Shown: positions 12,760-27,765, counted from the whole stretch's first letter. The stretch is DNA of 63,992 bases, filler included, from Octopus bimaculoides (GCF_001194135.2; 5 parts of 4 records of this genome joined end to end with filler, not necessarily neighbours in it), one strand, 5' to 3'. Notes: generated by a model not told the origin, from the letters alone. Translations and numbers: made by a program.

Positions 12760-15130
12760 AGTAAAACATAGAAAATTAATGCAGAAACCTTCGCTAAAGC
12801 AGTAGGAAAACTGCAGAATGGGAAGTCTCCTAGAAGGGACCTAATAGTTGGATATTGTTACAAGAAGCTGACATTTTATAGAAACCACTTGGTATGTATA
12901 TTCAGAAAGATTATGGGAAGTTAGACTAATATACCAAATTGACTTTCCACAGCAAGGACAAATTTGTTCACCAAAAATGAAATCACCGAGATGGCTGGAA
13001 GCTACAGGCCCATTGCTTGCCTAAACATTACGTACAATCTGTACACAAGTACCCTCAACTAATTCCTCCGCGACCATTGTGAGTGGAACAACATTGTGAC
13101 TAATGAACAGCCTGGTGGAAAGTATGTGTGGGGATGTGCCGAACAACATTTAATAAAAAATAGTTGTACTGTCTGAAATAAGAAAACAACGTAGAAACCT
13201 TGTGACCCTATGGCCTGACTATAAGAAGTCATTTGACTCTATCCCTCATTCATGGCTTTTGAAGTGGCTACATCTGGCAAAATTACCGACTACATTAATT
13301 GCTGCTATAGAGAGACTCACAAAGACATGGACAAAAATTCTTACAATTACAACCGAGAACAGAATAGTTGTTTCTGATACCATAGGCATTTCAAAGGGAA
13401 TATTCCAAGGAGCTAGTCTTTCTGGACTTCTTTTCATTTTGGCACTGTATCCATCATCGTTTCTACTGTAGAAAATAAATGGCTACAACTGCTAGAAATA
13501 TCAATTTAACTAATAATTTCTTTGTAAACGACTTGTAGATTTATGCGAAAAGCGTTAACGATGCCGGAAAAAAACTGTAATTAATAACATTTTCAGCTGA
13601 TATAGGCGTGAAATTTAGCTATAATAAATGTTAATATTTGGATATAGATCGAAGACAGTCAGTCTCCCAAACCCAAAACCTGTGTATCAACAGTCTCTCT
13701 ATCTCCCTCAATTCCGCATAAAAATGATACAAGTACTTAGGCATAGACGAAAATATATCATATGAAGGCACTGTGAATAATGATAGAGTGACCCGAGAAT
13801 ATTACACCAGACTTAGCAAAATATCGCAATCGGATCTCTCCTCTTACAACAAAACAATATCTCATATTGCATTTGCTATACGAGAGCTGATCTCAACATT
13901 TAGATTACTTGATTGGTTTGTGGACGAAATCCACTTCCTAGATACAAAAACCTGCAAAATCCTGACATCAACTGGGAGCATCTAGAGAAATAGTGATGAT
14001 TACAGGCTCTACTTAAGAAGAAATAAAGGTGGTAGAGACCTGAGATCTGTGCAGACGGCCTTAGAATGCCGTATGTTATCACTCAGGCAGTATCATCTAA
14101 ACAACAGCAGCAAAAATACATAAATAAATGCAGTGCTGAAAAGTGAAGTCAGCAACTTTGTACGAATTAGCACTGATCTCCTCAAGAAGCACTCTCTTCC
14201 TGCTTATCTCCTTTACAGCTCCAAAACAGCTGGGCTCTCTTACATCAGAGAAGACCCGAATGGAAAGCACTCAGTTTACCAAAAAAAAAAATATGCATGG
14301 AAGCTTGAAGACAGTAGAATTGACACGAAGCGCAGTCTCTCTTGGACACAAGACCACTACATCACATCACACTTTGGGTGCTATGCATTTGCAATCCCGG
14401 AACGTGAGACTTCCACAAAGTGCCTGGTGAACAAGAGAGACAGTGACGCTCTTGTAATCTTTTGATGCAACTGCATGTGTAGGCTATAACTTGTTTGTGG
14501 AAGAAATCCCGCATGTGATTAGTAGCTGTCCTAAAATGTCGTCACGGTGCTATCTCCCTATGTGGCACGATTTGTTGCTAAAACAAAGTACGATGCCATC
14601 CGTAAAAACAACTGTCCTTAAATTCCCTGAGAAGTCCTTCTGTTATGGAATTCATTCATAAGCACCAACTCAGGGAATACTGGTGCAATATTCCCATGAA
14701 GACGTCTGTCAAACGTAGACATAACAGGCCGGAAAATGTTGTTTGGGACAGAGGTATGTACCGTCATAGAGGTCAGCTATCCTGCAGATATCAATATCTC
14801 TTTGAAAATAAAAGAAAATGAAGATGTCTATGGACAACTGCTTCGAAACCTCCAGCTTCTATATCTAGACGATGAACTTATATTCATACCAATAATAATT
14901 GAAGGACTAAGTTTTGTTAGTAAATGCTTAAAGAAGAATCTGGATAACCTGCGATTCTCAGGAAGACAAATGAACCGGCTAATTCGTATATTAGAAGTGC
15001 AATTTTTGAGTGGGACAATAGCATTATGCAAGACTTTTCTTAAGTTTCACATGTGAATTTGTTTGTGTTAACAACATCCCAGACACGGAGTTTTGTATCT
15101 TTGTTTGAAACCGGCTATCTCCACAGTGGA
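12760..15130 (+). mobile_element. Decayed RLE-type LINE (R4/Dong-like): RT to endonuclease and 3' end
   Basis: YRPIACLNITY, WPDYKKSFDSIPHSWL, KGIFQGASLSGLLF, YKYLGI, RHNRP and VIEVSYP, ending KTFLKFHM*, with multiple stops and frameshifts. Confidence 0.9.
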
Positions 15131-15265
15131 AGATTTATAATAATCAAAAAATAGAAGACACACATACGTAAATATATAACAGACACAGAATCGAACTCAC
15201 AAATATAAATAAGGTCTCCTTAGAGTTTCCCTAAACCAGATCCATACGTAAAGATGTCGTCGTCC

Positions 15266-15368
15266 AGAGGTTATAGTAGAAAACATTTGCCCCAGTGCCA
15301 TGCAATGCGACTGAACCTTGAAGCAGGGCCAGGAACATGTTGTCACATACCCATATATCATGTATGTA

Positions 15369-15416
<48 letters not shown>

Positions 15417-15620
15417 TATATATATATACATATATATATCGATATGTTTATGTGGCTGTGTTTTTTGTATTTGTTTGCCCACACCCTCACCCAATTCTTG
15501 TCAGCTGATGCTGCTATGTTTGCGTTCCTGTAATGTAGCGGTTCGGCAGAAGAGCTGATAGAATAAGTATTAGGCTTAAGAAGAATAAGTGCTGGGATTG
15601 ATTTCCTTGGCTGAAAACCC
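15266..15620. mobile_element. SINE family 2 pieces: head on minus (15266-15350), 3' half on plus (15450-15620), separated by (TA)n
   Basis: The pieces match the corresponding parts of the fuller copy at 54255-54745. Confidence 0.6.
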
Positions 15621-16266
15621 TTTCAAGTAAAATAAAAAAAAGAATAATATAATACATAGTCACCTGACAGAAAATCGAACCATTTAATTCCAAGAGTCAA
15701 AGAAAAAGTTATCTTATCTGTCACAACGCTAATAACTGGACAAATGTTTAAGAAGCAGTGACTTTAACTCACAGCATTCAGTTATTAGACATTCATAATT
15801 GGAAGGAATAAATAAAATTCAATATTAAGTATTGATGGAATTTTGGTATACNNNNNNNNNNNNNNNNNNNNNNNNNNNNNNNNNNNNNNNNNNNNNNNNN
15901 NNNNNNNNNNNNNNNNNNNNNNNNNNNNNNNNNNNNNNNNNNNNNNNNNNNNNNNNNNNNNNNNNNNNNNNNNNNNNNNNNNNNNNNNNNNNNNNNNNNN
16001 NNNNNNNNNNNNNNNNNNNNNNNNNNNNNNNNNNNNNNNNNNNNNNNNNNNNNNNNNNNNNNNNNNNNNNNNNNNNNNNNNNNNNNNNNNNNNNNNNNNN
16101 NNNNNNNNNNNNNNNNNNNNNNNNNNNNNNNNNNNNNNNNNNNNNNNNNNNNNNNNNNNNNNNNNNNNNNNNNNNNNNNNNNNNNNNNNNNNNNNNNNNN
16201 NNNNNNNNNNNNNNNNNNNNNNNNNNNNNNNNNNNNNNNNNNNNNNNNNNNNNNNNNNNNNNNNNN

Positions 16267-16302
<36 letters not shown>

Positions 16303-17421
16303 GTACGAAGTTAGGTAGGTAAGTATGTAGGCAGGCAGGCAGGCAAGCAGGTAGGTAGATTGATCAGTTCGATTGAGAATGTTGTGCCTGAGCAGACGTG
16401 CATATACACATATGTATATATATTTTTAATATTTTCTATTTTCATAAAGTGTCAGAAAGTTTATGCCAGAGTTGTTGTAATGGGATTCCTGAAATCCAGC
16501 ACAAGCTGTTCGTTTTTCGGCTCGGATGTGACATCATCAATCAAAGATTAAAGTACATCATCCTCATAACATAATATTTAATTTCTTAGGCAAAGTTGAG
16601 AATGAAAACCACCCATTGTAAAGGCTGAAAAATTTAAGGCCACAATCAATAATCAATTGTTCTGTACATGAAAATGCTGAACAATAGATTTATTTATTCT
16701 TATTTGAATTTACATGGCAAAAAGTCATTCCCATTAGAAACCTTTCGTGTTATTGTCTCTGGACTTAATGCATTTACTTGTTACTGTTTTAATAACATCA
16801 ATAATGAAGAATTTGTATTATTTTAGTTCACGTTTTGCTTCATAAAGTTTTACTACATATCTCGAATTTTTATACCGTATGAATAGTCAAAATACAAGAT
16901 TCTTGACACAAAAATTCGATTCATAGTGTTTTATTGAAGACAACGAAATATCGAGAGTGCCGTAATTTGCATGCTCGTCACGGCACAGTATGTATAAAAC
17001 TTTTGGAAACCGTCACGATATTCTAGTTTTCTTTACATCTGCATTTTCCATTGAAATGGCATTACTATCTAAATATTAGTCTTGCTTGTGATGTAGTACT
17101 GAAAATTTTATTTAAGATGGTTGTCCTTTATCAGGCTACTCTAAATCTGCAACATATTTAATGCAACAGCTGCTCATACTAGAAGTATGCATACTCAAAT
17201 ATGTCTACAGTTATACACACATCTCTCTCTACCAATATATATATATACATATATATATATAATATTAGGGACAAAATCCAAATTACAGGTAAAAACTCAA
17301 TTAAAATCAACTTATAAAAAATTAAAATTAAATTGAGCTTTATAGATAAAATATATATAAAATATATAGTTTTAGGGAAAATAACCAAGTTTCATTTTAA
17401 TAATTGAAACTTGGTTATTTT

Positions 17422-17521
17422 NNNNNNNNNNNNNNNNNNNNNNNNNNNNNNNNNNNNNNNNNNNNTTAATTAATTAANNNNNNNNNNNNNNNNNNNNNNN
17501 NNNNNNNNNNNNNNNNNNNNN
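17422..17521. other. Artificial scaffold junction (44 N + TTAATTAATTAA + 44 N)
   Basis: Exactly 100 nt with a central linker that has stops in all six frames. The identical construct occurs four times in the window. Confidence 0.95.
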
Positions 17522-17990
17522 ATAATCACTAAAACCGTGGACCGTGTTCACCAAAAGAGCTCACTTGTGCCTCATCCTTGCCATACAGCTTCAAATCATC
17601 CACGAAGAAGAGGTAGGTGATTTTTTGAGTCTTTACTTTTAACTGATATCCCAGGTTAATTTTCCTCAGCACCAAGGTCAGAGGGATCATACACAGAACA
17701 AAAAGCTATGGATATAAGCTATCTCTTTGGGAAATCCTTCACCTGATGCCCTGGATGTCCAACCTTTGTCCGTAAGATGTCAACTCAGTTTTCCATCCCA
17801 CCATACTTCTCTTCAGGAAATACATTACATGCATCGAAATTCCAAACAAATCTAAGGCCCCGAAGATCCACGAATGTGGGATCATATCGTATGCTTTGCG
17901 GTAATCAATTCGAGTAAAGATATGGTATAACTAAATCCCAGAAGGAGTTACTGAAAATAAAGGATGCAAATTCCTGTGAGCTGAAATGAT
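17522..17990 (-). mobile_element. RLE-type LINE RT fragment
   Basis: Minus-strand IDYRKAYDMIPHSWI, QRDSLYPLLFVLCMIPL and FFVDDLKLYGK. Confidence 0.9.
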
Positions 17991-18399
17991 TTAGTGTGAC
18001 CGTCAGATCAGACATCGCAGGCCTGACATTGTTGTTGTGAACAAGAAAGAAAAAAACTTGCAAGATAATCGACATAGCATATCGTGTGTCTCATAAAGAG
18101 AAAGGAGCTTGCTGAGGCCTCCTGGGGTCCACGATGATTGAAGTGGTTGGATAAAATATATTTAGTAAAACTGATTTTAAAGATTTTAAATTCGTCCAAC
18201 AAAATGGCGAATAAATAAAAAATTGGATAGAAGCTGTTTTGAGTTTTAATAAAGAGCGGGGAGGTGTCATGAATATTTTAGTGCGTTCTATGAGTTGACA
18301 ATTTGAGAACCACTTCCGGACGATGAGTCACTTCCAAAAGATGACATTAAATGGTTAAAAGACACAAAGATATACAGATCTGGAAATGCAGATAACCAA

Positions 18400-18916
18400 A
18401 ATGTAGGGGTTAAAAATAAAAACAATACCCAAATAAAAAGGCCCATGGGAATGATTAAAAAAAAATAACAACAATAATAATGCCCAGCTGCTGACAAGGT
18501 ATGCGATAAGGAAGAAAAAAAAGTCGAGAGATATGACAGGTTAGCTTGGGAGGTTAAGCAGTTGTGGTCGATGAAAAAGGTGGTAGTAGTACCAGTAATT
18601 GTCGGAGCCCTGGGAACAGTGAGTGAAAATATTGAGAAGTACATGGAACAAATAGGGGCTGCAATAAGGGTGGAGCACTTGCAGAAAACAACACTGCTTG
18701 GAACCGCTCGAATACTCCGGATGGTGCTCGGAAAATAAGGGGTGTTACTTTAGTTCACTGGTAGTGAACAGCCGGCACCGTAGTACATCTCCAGCATTAG
18801 AAGCTGTGCAAAGGGCAATAATAATAATATGTTGGGTAGTCATGTTGGGTATATTGGGCTTCGTATATTTGTACACCAGCGTTACTTTGATGGCGTGTAC
18901 TGCTTTCTCACTCAAT

Positions 18917-18982
<66 letters not shown>

Positions 18983-19010
18983 AATAATAATAGTAATAAT
19001 AATAATAGCA
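18400..19010 (+). mobile_element. RLE-type LINE 3' end with (AAC)n(AAT)n tail
   Basis: KVERYDRLAWEVKQLW...VVPVIVGALGTV...LQKTTLLGTARILRMVL*, then a 3' UTR and an AAC/AAT run at ~18915-19010. Confidence 0.9.
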
Positions 19011-19440
19011 AAGCAAAATGCGTTTGAACAATTGGCTGATAGGTGGAAACAAAAACCTCTGCATGGCAAATATGTGCCCGCAGCAAACAAGCTGATATAG
19101 ACCAGAAGCACACTCATCAGTAGCTACGGAGCTCAGGGCTAAAGGTAGAGAGCGAAGGTTTTATCTTGGCTGCCCAAGATCAGAGCTTACTGACCCGAAA
19201 CTATCAAGCCAATGTGATGAAAAATGGCGTAGACCCAAAGTGACGATACTGCAACGATGGTATAGAAACAGTGGACCATCTAATCTCTGGATGTAAGGTT
19301 TTAGCACCTGTAGAGTACAAATCAAGACATGGCAGAGTTGGCCAATATCTGCATTGGATAATGTGTCGGCATAAAAAATCAAAACTGCTGACAAAGCAAA
19401 TAAACCAGATATTGTTGTGAAAGAGCAAAACAATAGGAAA
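19010..19440 (+). mobile_element. RLE-type LINE zinc-knuckle fragment
   Basis: KPLHGKY...LKVESEGFILAAQDQSLLTRNY...ETVDHLISGCKVLA..YKSRH. Confidence 0.85.
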
Positions 19441-19673
19441 AGGTGTCAGTCAATACCATCAAAGCCTGTACCTGAATAACACATTCCATTATCGACTGCA
19501 AAGTGTCAGAACGTCGAATACCTGGAGAAACACGGTAAAGCAGGTTTTGGTGATGCTCTGAACGATTCTGCAGCTCATCTTCGTAACAATAAACATAACA
19601 GCAGCGTTTTTTTTTCTTTTATCAACAACGGGCGACAGATGAACAACAATCACTACCAAAATACAATACTCAC

Positions 19674-19766
19674 CTAAAACTCCCATAGCGAGGCCACCGA
19701 GAGCAATACCCATCGCTTTACCTCTCTCAGCATCGTTTGGATATCGATCTGCTAACATTCCCATAC
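19674..19766 (-). CDS. VMAT: VMAT exon: TM4-5 loop and TM5 (93 nt, phase 1 to 1)
   Basis: aatttacag|GT ATG GGA ATG TTA GCA GAT CGA ... GGA GTT TTA G|gtgagt encodes (G)[30 protein letters not shown]. Confidence 0.95.
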
Positions 19767-19848
19767 CTGTAAATTACAAATATCATATATATATATGTTA
19801 TATACGTATGTGCGTGAGTGTATATGTGCGCGCGCGTGTTTAGATGTA

Positions 19849-19907
<59 letters not shown>

Positions 19908-20730
19908 GGCCAAAATGCATTTCAGATCACTTAGTTATCAGCATATTCCTTGCTTCAAACCGATTAAAAGCATTTCATTTCGATCCCTCATGGCAGATTA
20001 AATGCTAACATAAGAAACTGACACTTATTTCATCGATTCCGAAAAGAGGAAAGGCAAAGTCGACAAAATAAAAAGACGGACGAAATGCCGCTAAACATTT
20101 CGTCCGGTATGCTAATGATTTTGCTGGCTCGAGAGTTGTTTTACTAAATTGCCAAAATATGCCCTCAAATACCTCTCGCACCCTGTTTTTTCTTGTATGT
20201 ATGTATAATTATACATTAAATAATATATGGTAAATAGCAAATTATATTTTCAAATTTTGTGTCGATTGTAACTTCAATCATTTTAAGCGGTTGGAATTGT
20301 ATTACAAGTTATTTAGATTGTTTTCCAGGATTTGTAAGGCGAATACGGGGAATCCCTGTCTTACGAAAGAAATCTTCAATCATAAAACAGCAGATCCTAA
20401 AGTTTTCTTTACAAGTTTACCCTGTAAACCCTTTCTGAAGTGGTGCCACGTTTACATCGAGTCTAATGAGATGTCTTTATTGGAAACGATTTCACTTCTA
20501 TGGAAAGAAATGTTTATTACAACATGGAAACGGCCAAGACAGTGTCTAACTCAGTGTCTGCCTGTGGTTTATTTGTTAATTTTTTTTTCCTTCCGGGAAT
20601 TGTTTGTAAAGTCAATCTTTATGAGAGCAGCAAGAGTTAAATGTGTTGACGAAAAACAAAATGGGAATTGTTTGGTATGGTATTTCGTTTTCAATAAGAA
20701 TAAGGTGGCAGTCGTACGTGTGTGTGTGCG

Positions 20731-20769
<39 letters not shown>

Positions 20770-20794
20770 ATGTATGTATATGTGTGTGTGTATT

Positions 20795-20840
<46 letters not shown>

Positions 20841-21234
20841 CCTGCGTCTGTATGTGTGCGTACGTGCGCGCACGCGCGTTTAGAATATATTTTCAAGATT
20901 ACCTGAAACACTGGAACAGGCAGAGCCGATTCCTTGAATGGATCTGGCAAGGAATAATGTAGAGTAGGAATTGGCGAAAGCAAAAACTGTAAAAGAAAAT
21001 TTTAAATAATTTTATATTTTTATTTTACTTGTCCAACTGTTCACCGACCAAAATAACGAATATCCATACATTTTGGAAAATAAATAATAAACATATATTC
21101 TCTAAACTTGCTACTTTGCGATTATTTCAATTTTTTTTACTAAAAAGGAACCGATATTTAAGTTTGACAACTGGAAAATTACTGAATATAATTGTTTCAA
21201 TTATTAAATAAAGAAGTCAGACACATACGCAATT

Positions 21235-21302
<68 letters not shown>

Positions 21303-21326
21303 CCTATCTATCTATTTCTCTCCATC

Positions 21327-21407
<81 letters not shown>

Positions 21408-21465
21408 CTCTATCTATCTATCTATCTATCTATATATCTATTTTTTTTCTCTCTCTCTCCCCATC

Positions 21466-21554
<89 letters not shown>

Positions 21555-22779
21555 CTATTTCTCTCTGTCTGTCTGTCTGTCTCTCTCTCTCTTTATCCAT
21601 CCATCCATTAATCTATTCACACACACACACTCCATTTTAAATAAAGAATGAAGACAGCAGATGTCTACTTATGAAAGAAAAGAAAAGCCATCATTGTTCT
21701 TAGCGACATCTTTTCGTATATTTCTAAATAAACAATCTTCACTATTTCCACGCGTCTTCCACCCCCTTCACCCATCCTTGTTATATTCTTTACACCATCG
21801 TTTCGCATTCTTCCATACTCAGCCATTCTTACTCATATGCTTCACTTCCTCTTCATTTCTACACCTTTTTTATTTCCTTTGTTTCCGTTTATATTTTTTA
21901 CTCTTAAAACAAACAAACAAACAATCAAAATAAGATTATTCTATTTTCTCCATATTTTACTTTCCCCTCTTTCAATCTACTTCTCCACCCTCTCTCCTCC
22001 CACTCCTCTCACATTCCAGTCACACTCTCCTTTTTCCCCCTCGCTCCTAACATTCTTGTCCACAAATAATAGGATTCATGCGTCAGAAAGTTATTCACCA
22101 TAATTTATAAACAGGAGTCACTTACAAAAGAAATTTTCTTACCGTAGAAAAAAGATGCAAGCTATCGCCACGACGATGATGATTATCATCATCACCATCT
22201 CCATAGTCGTCATCATTAGGAATCCTTATCAAATTTGCCCTCCTCCCCCTCCTCCTCACGATCATCATTATTGGGTGAGAGAGCAGTGCTTGCCATCAAA
22301 GTAACACTGGGGTACATATATGCAAAGCCCTATATACCCATCGTGGCTACTCATCTGACAAGGGTACACCAGACAAATGCATCACAACCACATGTGTGCG
22401 ACATGGTGATCTCATATCAAGACAAACAGCACATGACCTTGCAGGTGGGGCCCAGTAAAAATTTTCTTCAGGTCGAGTAGCCCAAAAGGTCCCTGAATAG
22501 GGGTTGTTTAAGGATCATGAACGACACACCCATATTTCCAAGGGTGAATTATTCAACTTCCCCCCCAAAATCCCTCTCAACATATGGCTATGATGCCCCC
22601 CCCCCACCCCACTACTATTATCATCATCATTATTTTCTTTTTATCACAGGTTTTGTTGGAACTCCTGGAGTCTTGCACGTGTAGCAGGTTTACTACCTGC
22701 AGCCTACAGTACCATGCTATCCGTTCTTTCCAGCTATCTAATACTTTCCTGATTATACTATTATTATTATTATTATTAC

Positions 22780-22821
<42 letters not shown>

Positions 22822-25800
22822 GCTAATGTATGCTGATTCAGTTAGCAGGTATTTTATCTTGAGGTGTAGTGACTAGTCTCCGCAAATCTCAAGACTCTTC
22901 TTTAGGATTTTTGAGGAATACAGGACCCAACAAGGCTTGAAGAATACAAGACCAAGGACCCAACAATATCTTCAGCTTCATTTTCCATAGCCGGGTTATT
23001 TCATACTTAAGAGGGTTGTATTTCTCTATCTTTTCGCACAGAGGCTGTAGCATCTGCGGAATTCTTGGACGGTGTGCTGATATGACGATCGTTTGTGAGA
23101 AAGACTTTTCTGCAGCCGTTCTCTTCGAGTTAGTTACAGTCAACGGCGAAGCGGAGACCAGGGTTGGGTGCCTGGCGTTTGGAATGTTGTCAGACTGCCA
23201 GAGTTCTCGTCCAGTCGGGCAACGCAGCCGATGGTGAACCAGCTGTCGCATTCTGTGGAGTTGGAAAAGAGTGACGCTATTCTCAGACGACTTTCACCTC
23301 CGAAACCACGGACAACTTCTAGAAATATCTAGCTTGGAAGTGCCTGAGATCGGGTTGGAATTCCGATGCGGAATAACTCCACAGGCATTGCATGGCAGTT
23401 TGTTAAACTTGTTCGTAATCGGTCTACACGCACGCCGCACTCGTTCAGTTTCCAAGCTATTGTCGAGTGTTGGACAGATCTATTGTAATGATCACACCTC
23501 CATCTTCCTTTAATCGGGAGGAGTGCGCAATTTACTATGGTCTGGTGACCTTCATGAAAGCCCTCATTAATTTCTCTAGCTTCCGCTGGGATAAGTTTGT
23601 GAGAGGACAAGGAAGAGGTGTTGCTCTCCGTTGAATTTACTTTAAAGCCGGTGAGATTTGTGACCGCGTCGCGTATGAATGGCTGACCCTCAGTATGCAG
23701 CTGGTAAACAAGAACAAACCCGGGAAAGGATACTTGACGTTGGTATCAAAGTAATCCTGGATCCGTGCGCTTTCCTGATTAGCTGTTCTTACTTACTGAG
23801 GCGCTTCTTAATTCCTTTTATAGGCTCTTATTTTTAACGCCGGTTCTTTGCCAGGATAGAGTCTGCGAAAATCTCCAACTTTATAATCGTCTTTTGTAAA
23901 GTTATCTGTTGGCTTCGGGACAATCATAAAGGTAGGATTAATATTGTTGTTGTTGTTGCCGCTATCTTTTCATTTTATTCTTCAGATATCACTGATCATT
24001 TACAAGTGCTATAAGTGAACATTATGAAACTGTAGTAAAATAGACAACGCCAATTCTGTCCACGTTACATTCGTTGATTAGATTAATTTTAATATTTTTC
24101 TGATTTATTTATGTGAGATATGTGAGTGAAGTGTAAGACTGAAGAGGAGTGAATCTATAACAAAGGCCATCGATGAAGAGTCGCAAGTAATATGGAAATA
24201 CAATAAAACTTAACAAAACTAGAGAAAAAAATAACAAAAGAAACACTGACAATAATATGACCGAAACAAAACCACAGAAAAAACAAAATCACAAACAAAC
24301 AGAAGCACACACACACATTCTCTCTCTAGTCACTACACTATATATACGCACTTACAAAGAAAAAAGAACGCTCACACGCGGACACACACACACACACACA
24401 CACATACACGGACACACACACACGCACTGTTTATTACAAACATTTTTCTTTCTCAGGACGAACGACAAAATGGCGTCTGTTGGAAGATGGGGAGAACTAG
24501 TTGCAGCTGCCATGTTCGTTGCAGGATATTTCTTCATTCCACTTGGAAGACATTAATAAAATGGGACAAGGGGCGATGGAATAGAATAGAGCACAATGGT
24601 AATAATTGTAACAACAGCAGCAACAACAACAGTAACATCAACAACAACAATATCAACAACGGTATCAACAACAATACTAACAAGAACAACAATATCAACA
24701 TTAAATATCTTAGTAACAACAGCAACTGGCAGAGAAAAACAAACAAAAGAAAAAAATAACAATAACTATAATATGATGAGCAGCAACGGAGGTAACCTCA
24801 ACATGGTTGCTGGTCATGCTAAAAATAGCAGCCAAGTCTGATTTAATCTACCATCTTTGAAAAGGAAGTACACATTAGACAAGACTGTTCACGATGCACA
24901 AAAAGAAAGAATGGTCACGGTGAAGATTGACCAAAGTCGAAACAACAGCAGCCTTTACGTGATGGTCGCTTGAAATAGCAGCCAAAAATTCTTGAAATTA
25001 CACATTACCTCACGGAAGAGAAAAGGACTCATAAGAAATTGTAAACTCTGATATAAATACTGACGGTGTAGTCACGGTTGGATTGGTTATTGATCTGCTC
25101 ACTCAGGATTGTCCTTATTAATCACACAGTCATATCTGTGCACACATATACGAAAAGATACATACAGCTTATCTGGATTAAGATATCGATTTCATGGCAT
25201 CTCTATTCAGCCACCGTTCATCAGTGTCGCTCACGATTTCAAACCAGATCGTTCACTCCAGAAGACGTGTATTGGCTGAGGTGAATTATCTCTCCATTGT
25301 CTGATCGGAAACATGCATTGAATTGACTTCCTTTCATTATGCACTCATCGATGTCAATAGACTTGCTGTGAAACTATGTCTAAAGCCACTTAAATTTTGT
25401 AACCTTTTCTATATATTTAAGACTCAAAATAATATCAACTGTTTTGATATTGGCTCATATTAACAATACACACACATACATAAACACACACGTACATAAA
25501 CACATACATACATAAACACACACATACATAAACACATACATACATAAACACACACATACATAAGCACACACATACATAAACACACACATACATAAACACA
25601 TACATACATAAACACATACATACATAAACACACACATACATAGACACACACATACATAAACACATACATACGTGCGCGAAAGGTTGCGAGGAGTATTTGA
25701 GGAGAATTATCAGCATATTACTTTCTTCAAACCGATTAAAAGGTTTTATTTCATTTAAATCCCTAATGGCAGATTAAATGCTAACACAAGAAATGAGAAG

Positions 25801-27501
25801 ACATGCAATCATTGTTGCCATATGTGCAGAACACAGAAATTTAGAAACAGACATCGTTCTAAATGCTGCACAATCTTTTGTACAGAAAGTTCGATAGAAT
25901 TTCATCTGTATCAAAGAGTGAAACTATTCTAGACATCCGGGCACTGAAATGTATCCGCTGCATTCAAAAGGTTGTGGATGATGAACCCAGAAATTCAATG
26001 AAGGACATCTCCAAAGAAGTTCAGGCGGAGTGGACAGTCAGGACTGTGGTGAATAAGGACATTCGATACAGTTGTATCAAACGGTTATTTAACGAGCTTA
26101 AAACCCCAAAACGAATTTGCCCCGCTTTGGTTCTTCTCTGATGAGAAAAGCTTTGACGAACATCAAAAGTCTAACAAGCAAAATGGCAGATGGTTATGTG
26201 CACATCATTTTGGTGTTCCCGGCGTGATGCTGTAATGGTTTTAGGATGGCAAATAACAATGGTCATATCATGCCGCCTCTCGATCAATTGAGGTGCTGGA
26301 GACAGTTGTTAAGCCCTGGACCTATATAGCAGAAGGCCTTATGTGTTTCATCAAGATACAATTTTTTCTTCAAAAAACTCACACAACCCAAGAATGGTTA
26401 ATCCCATTGAAACTTCAAAACTTCTTAAAGGCAACTGGAAATCGCATGCAAGATTGATGTCTTACAAAAATCTACATTATTGGGCACAGCGCACATCTTA
26501 AGGAAAGTATTATCTGTCTGAGGTCCTTGTTGTGACTTGGGAGATGACTAACGACTCCGGTGCATTTTTACCTACACTGTGTTACGAAGGAATAATGATA
26601 ATAATAATCTTTTCTATTATAGGTATAAGGCCTGGATTTTGTGGGGAGGGGAACAGTCGATCACATCGATCCCAGTACTCAGCTGGTACTTAATTTATCG
26701 ATTCCGAAAGGATGAAAGGCAAAGTCGACCTGGGCGGAATTTGAACACTGAACGTAAAGAAGGACGAAATATCGCTAAGTATTTTTTCCGGCGTGCTACC
26801 GGCTCTGCCAGATGGCCGCGTTTATACTAATAATAGCTTTCAGCATAGAAACTCTGCCTTGCTGATGGTAGAGTATCTCGAACACCTTCGATGCCTTGGA
26901 AATGGTAGAGTATCTCGAGCCTTTTCGTTTACGGCTTTCCCTGAATTACTCTCTGTGGTCTGCGACGTTGCATGACAATTGTTTTGTTGACGTTTTCTGT
27001 TTTGGAATTTTTTCTTAGATTTTTTTTTTTGTTTTATATAATTATTGTTATTGATTTCCTTTTGATCGATGTCAGATCTTGGCTGTTGTATTTGGTCCTC
27101 ATGTATTGTCCTCCATGCCTTGGGCCCTTGAGACCGATAAGAGACATCATCATCATCGTCGTCGTCGTCGTTGCTGCTTCTATCTATACCCTAGAGAAGA
27201 TGCCAGCTTTGCAGACAGACGTCTCACAGCAATTCGATATGTCCCCCTCATATTTCTCTCTTGTTTGCCAGAGTTACTGAGGAATTTCAGGTGGTTTTCA
27301 TTCTATTAATAAGCTTCACTTACAGGAGACGGAGACGGAGACGGAGACGGAGACGGAGACACTCATATGCGATAATAGCTCCATAATGCACTTACCTCTA
27401 CACTTCGATATTATATCGTATTAAGTTATATTATATTATACATACATACATACATACATACATACACATACATACATACATACATATACATATATATATA
27501 T

Positions 27502-27548
<47 letters not shown>

Positions 27549-27732
27549 NNNNNNNNNNNNNNNNNNNNNNNNNNNNNNNNNNNNNNNNNNNNNNNNNNNN
27601 NNNNNNNNNNNNNNNNNNNNNNNNNNNNNNNNNNNNNNNNNNNNNNNNNNNNNNNNNNNNNNNNNNNNNNNNNNNNNNNNNNNNNNNNNNNNNNNNNNNN
27701 NNNNNNNNNNNNNNNNNNNNNNNNNNNNNNNN

Positions 27733-27765
<33 letters not shown>

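Noticed and set aside
17466-17477. TTAATTAATTAA as a biological motif (also at 45616, 57404 and 62899)
   Set aside because: It is always centred in exactly 100-nt N gaps, so it is an assembly linker.
26865-26920. 17-nt direct repeat ATGGTAGAGTATCTCGA twice, and an FQGIEG frame considered for the missing VMAT exon
   Set aside because: Only two units, so not an array; the translation and splice sites do not fit TM4.
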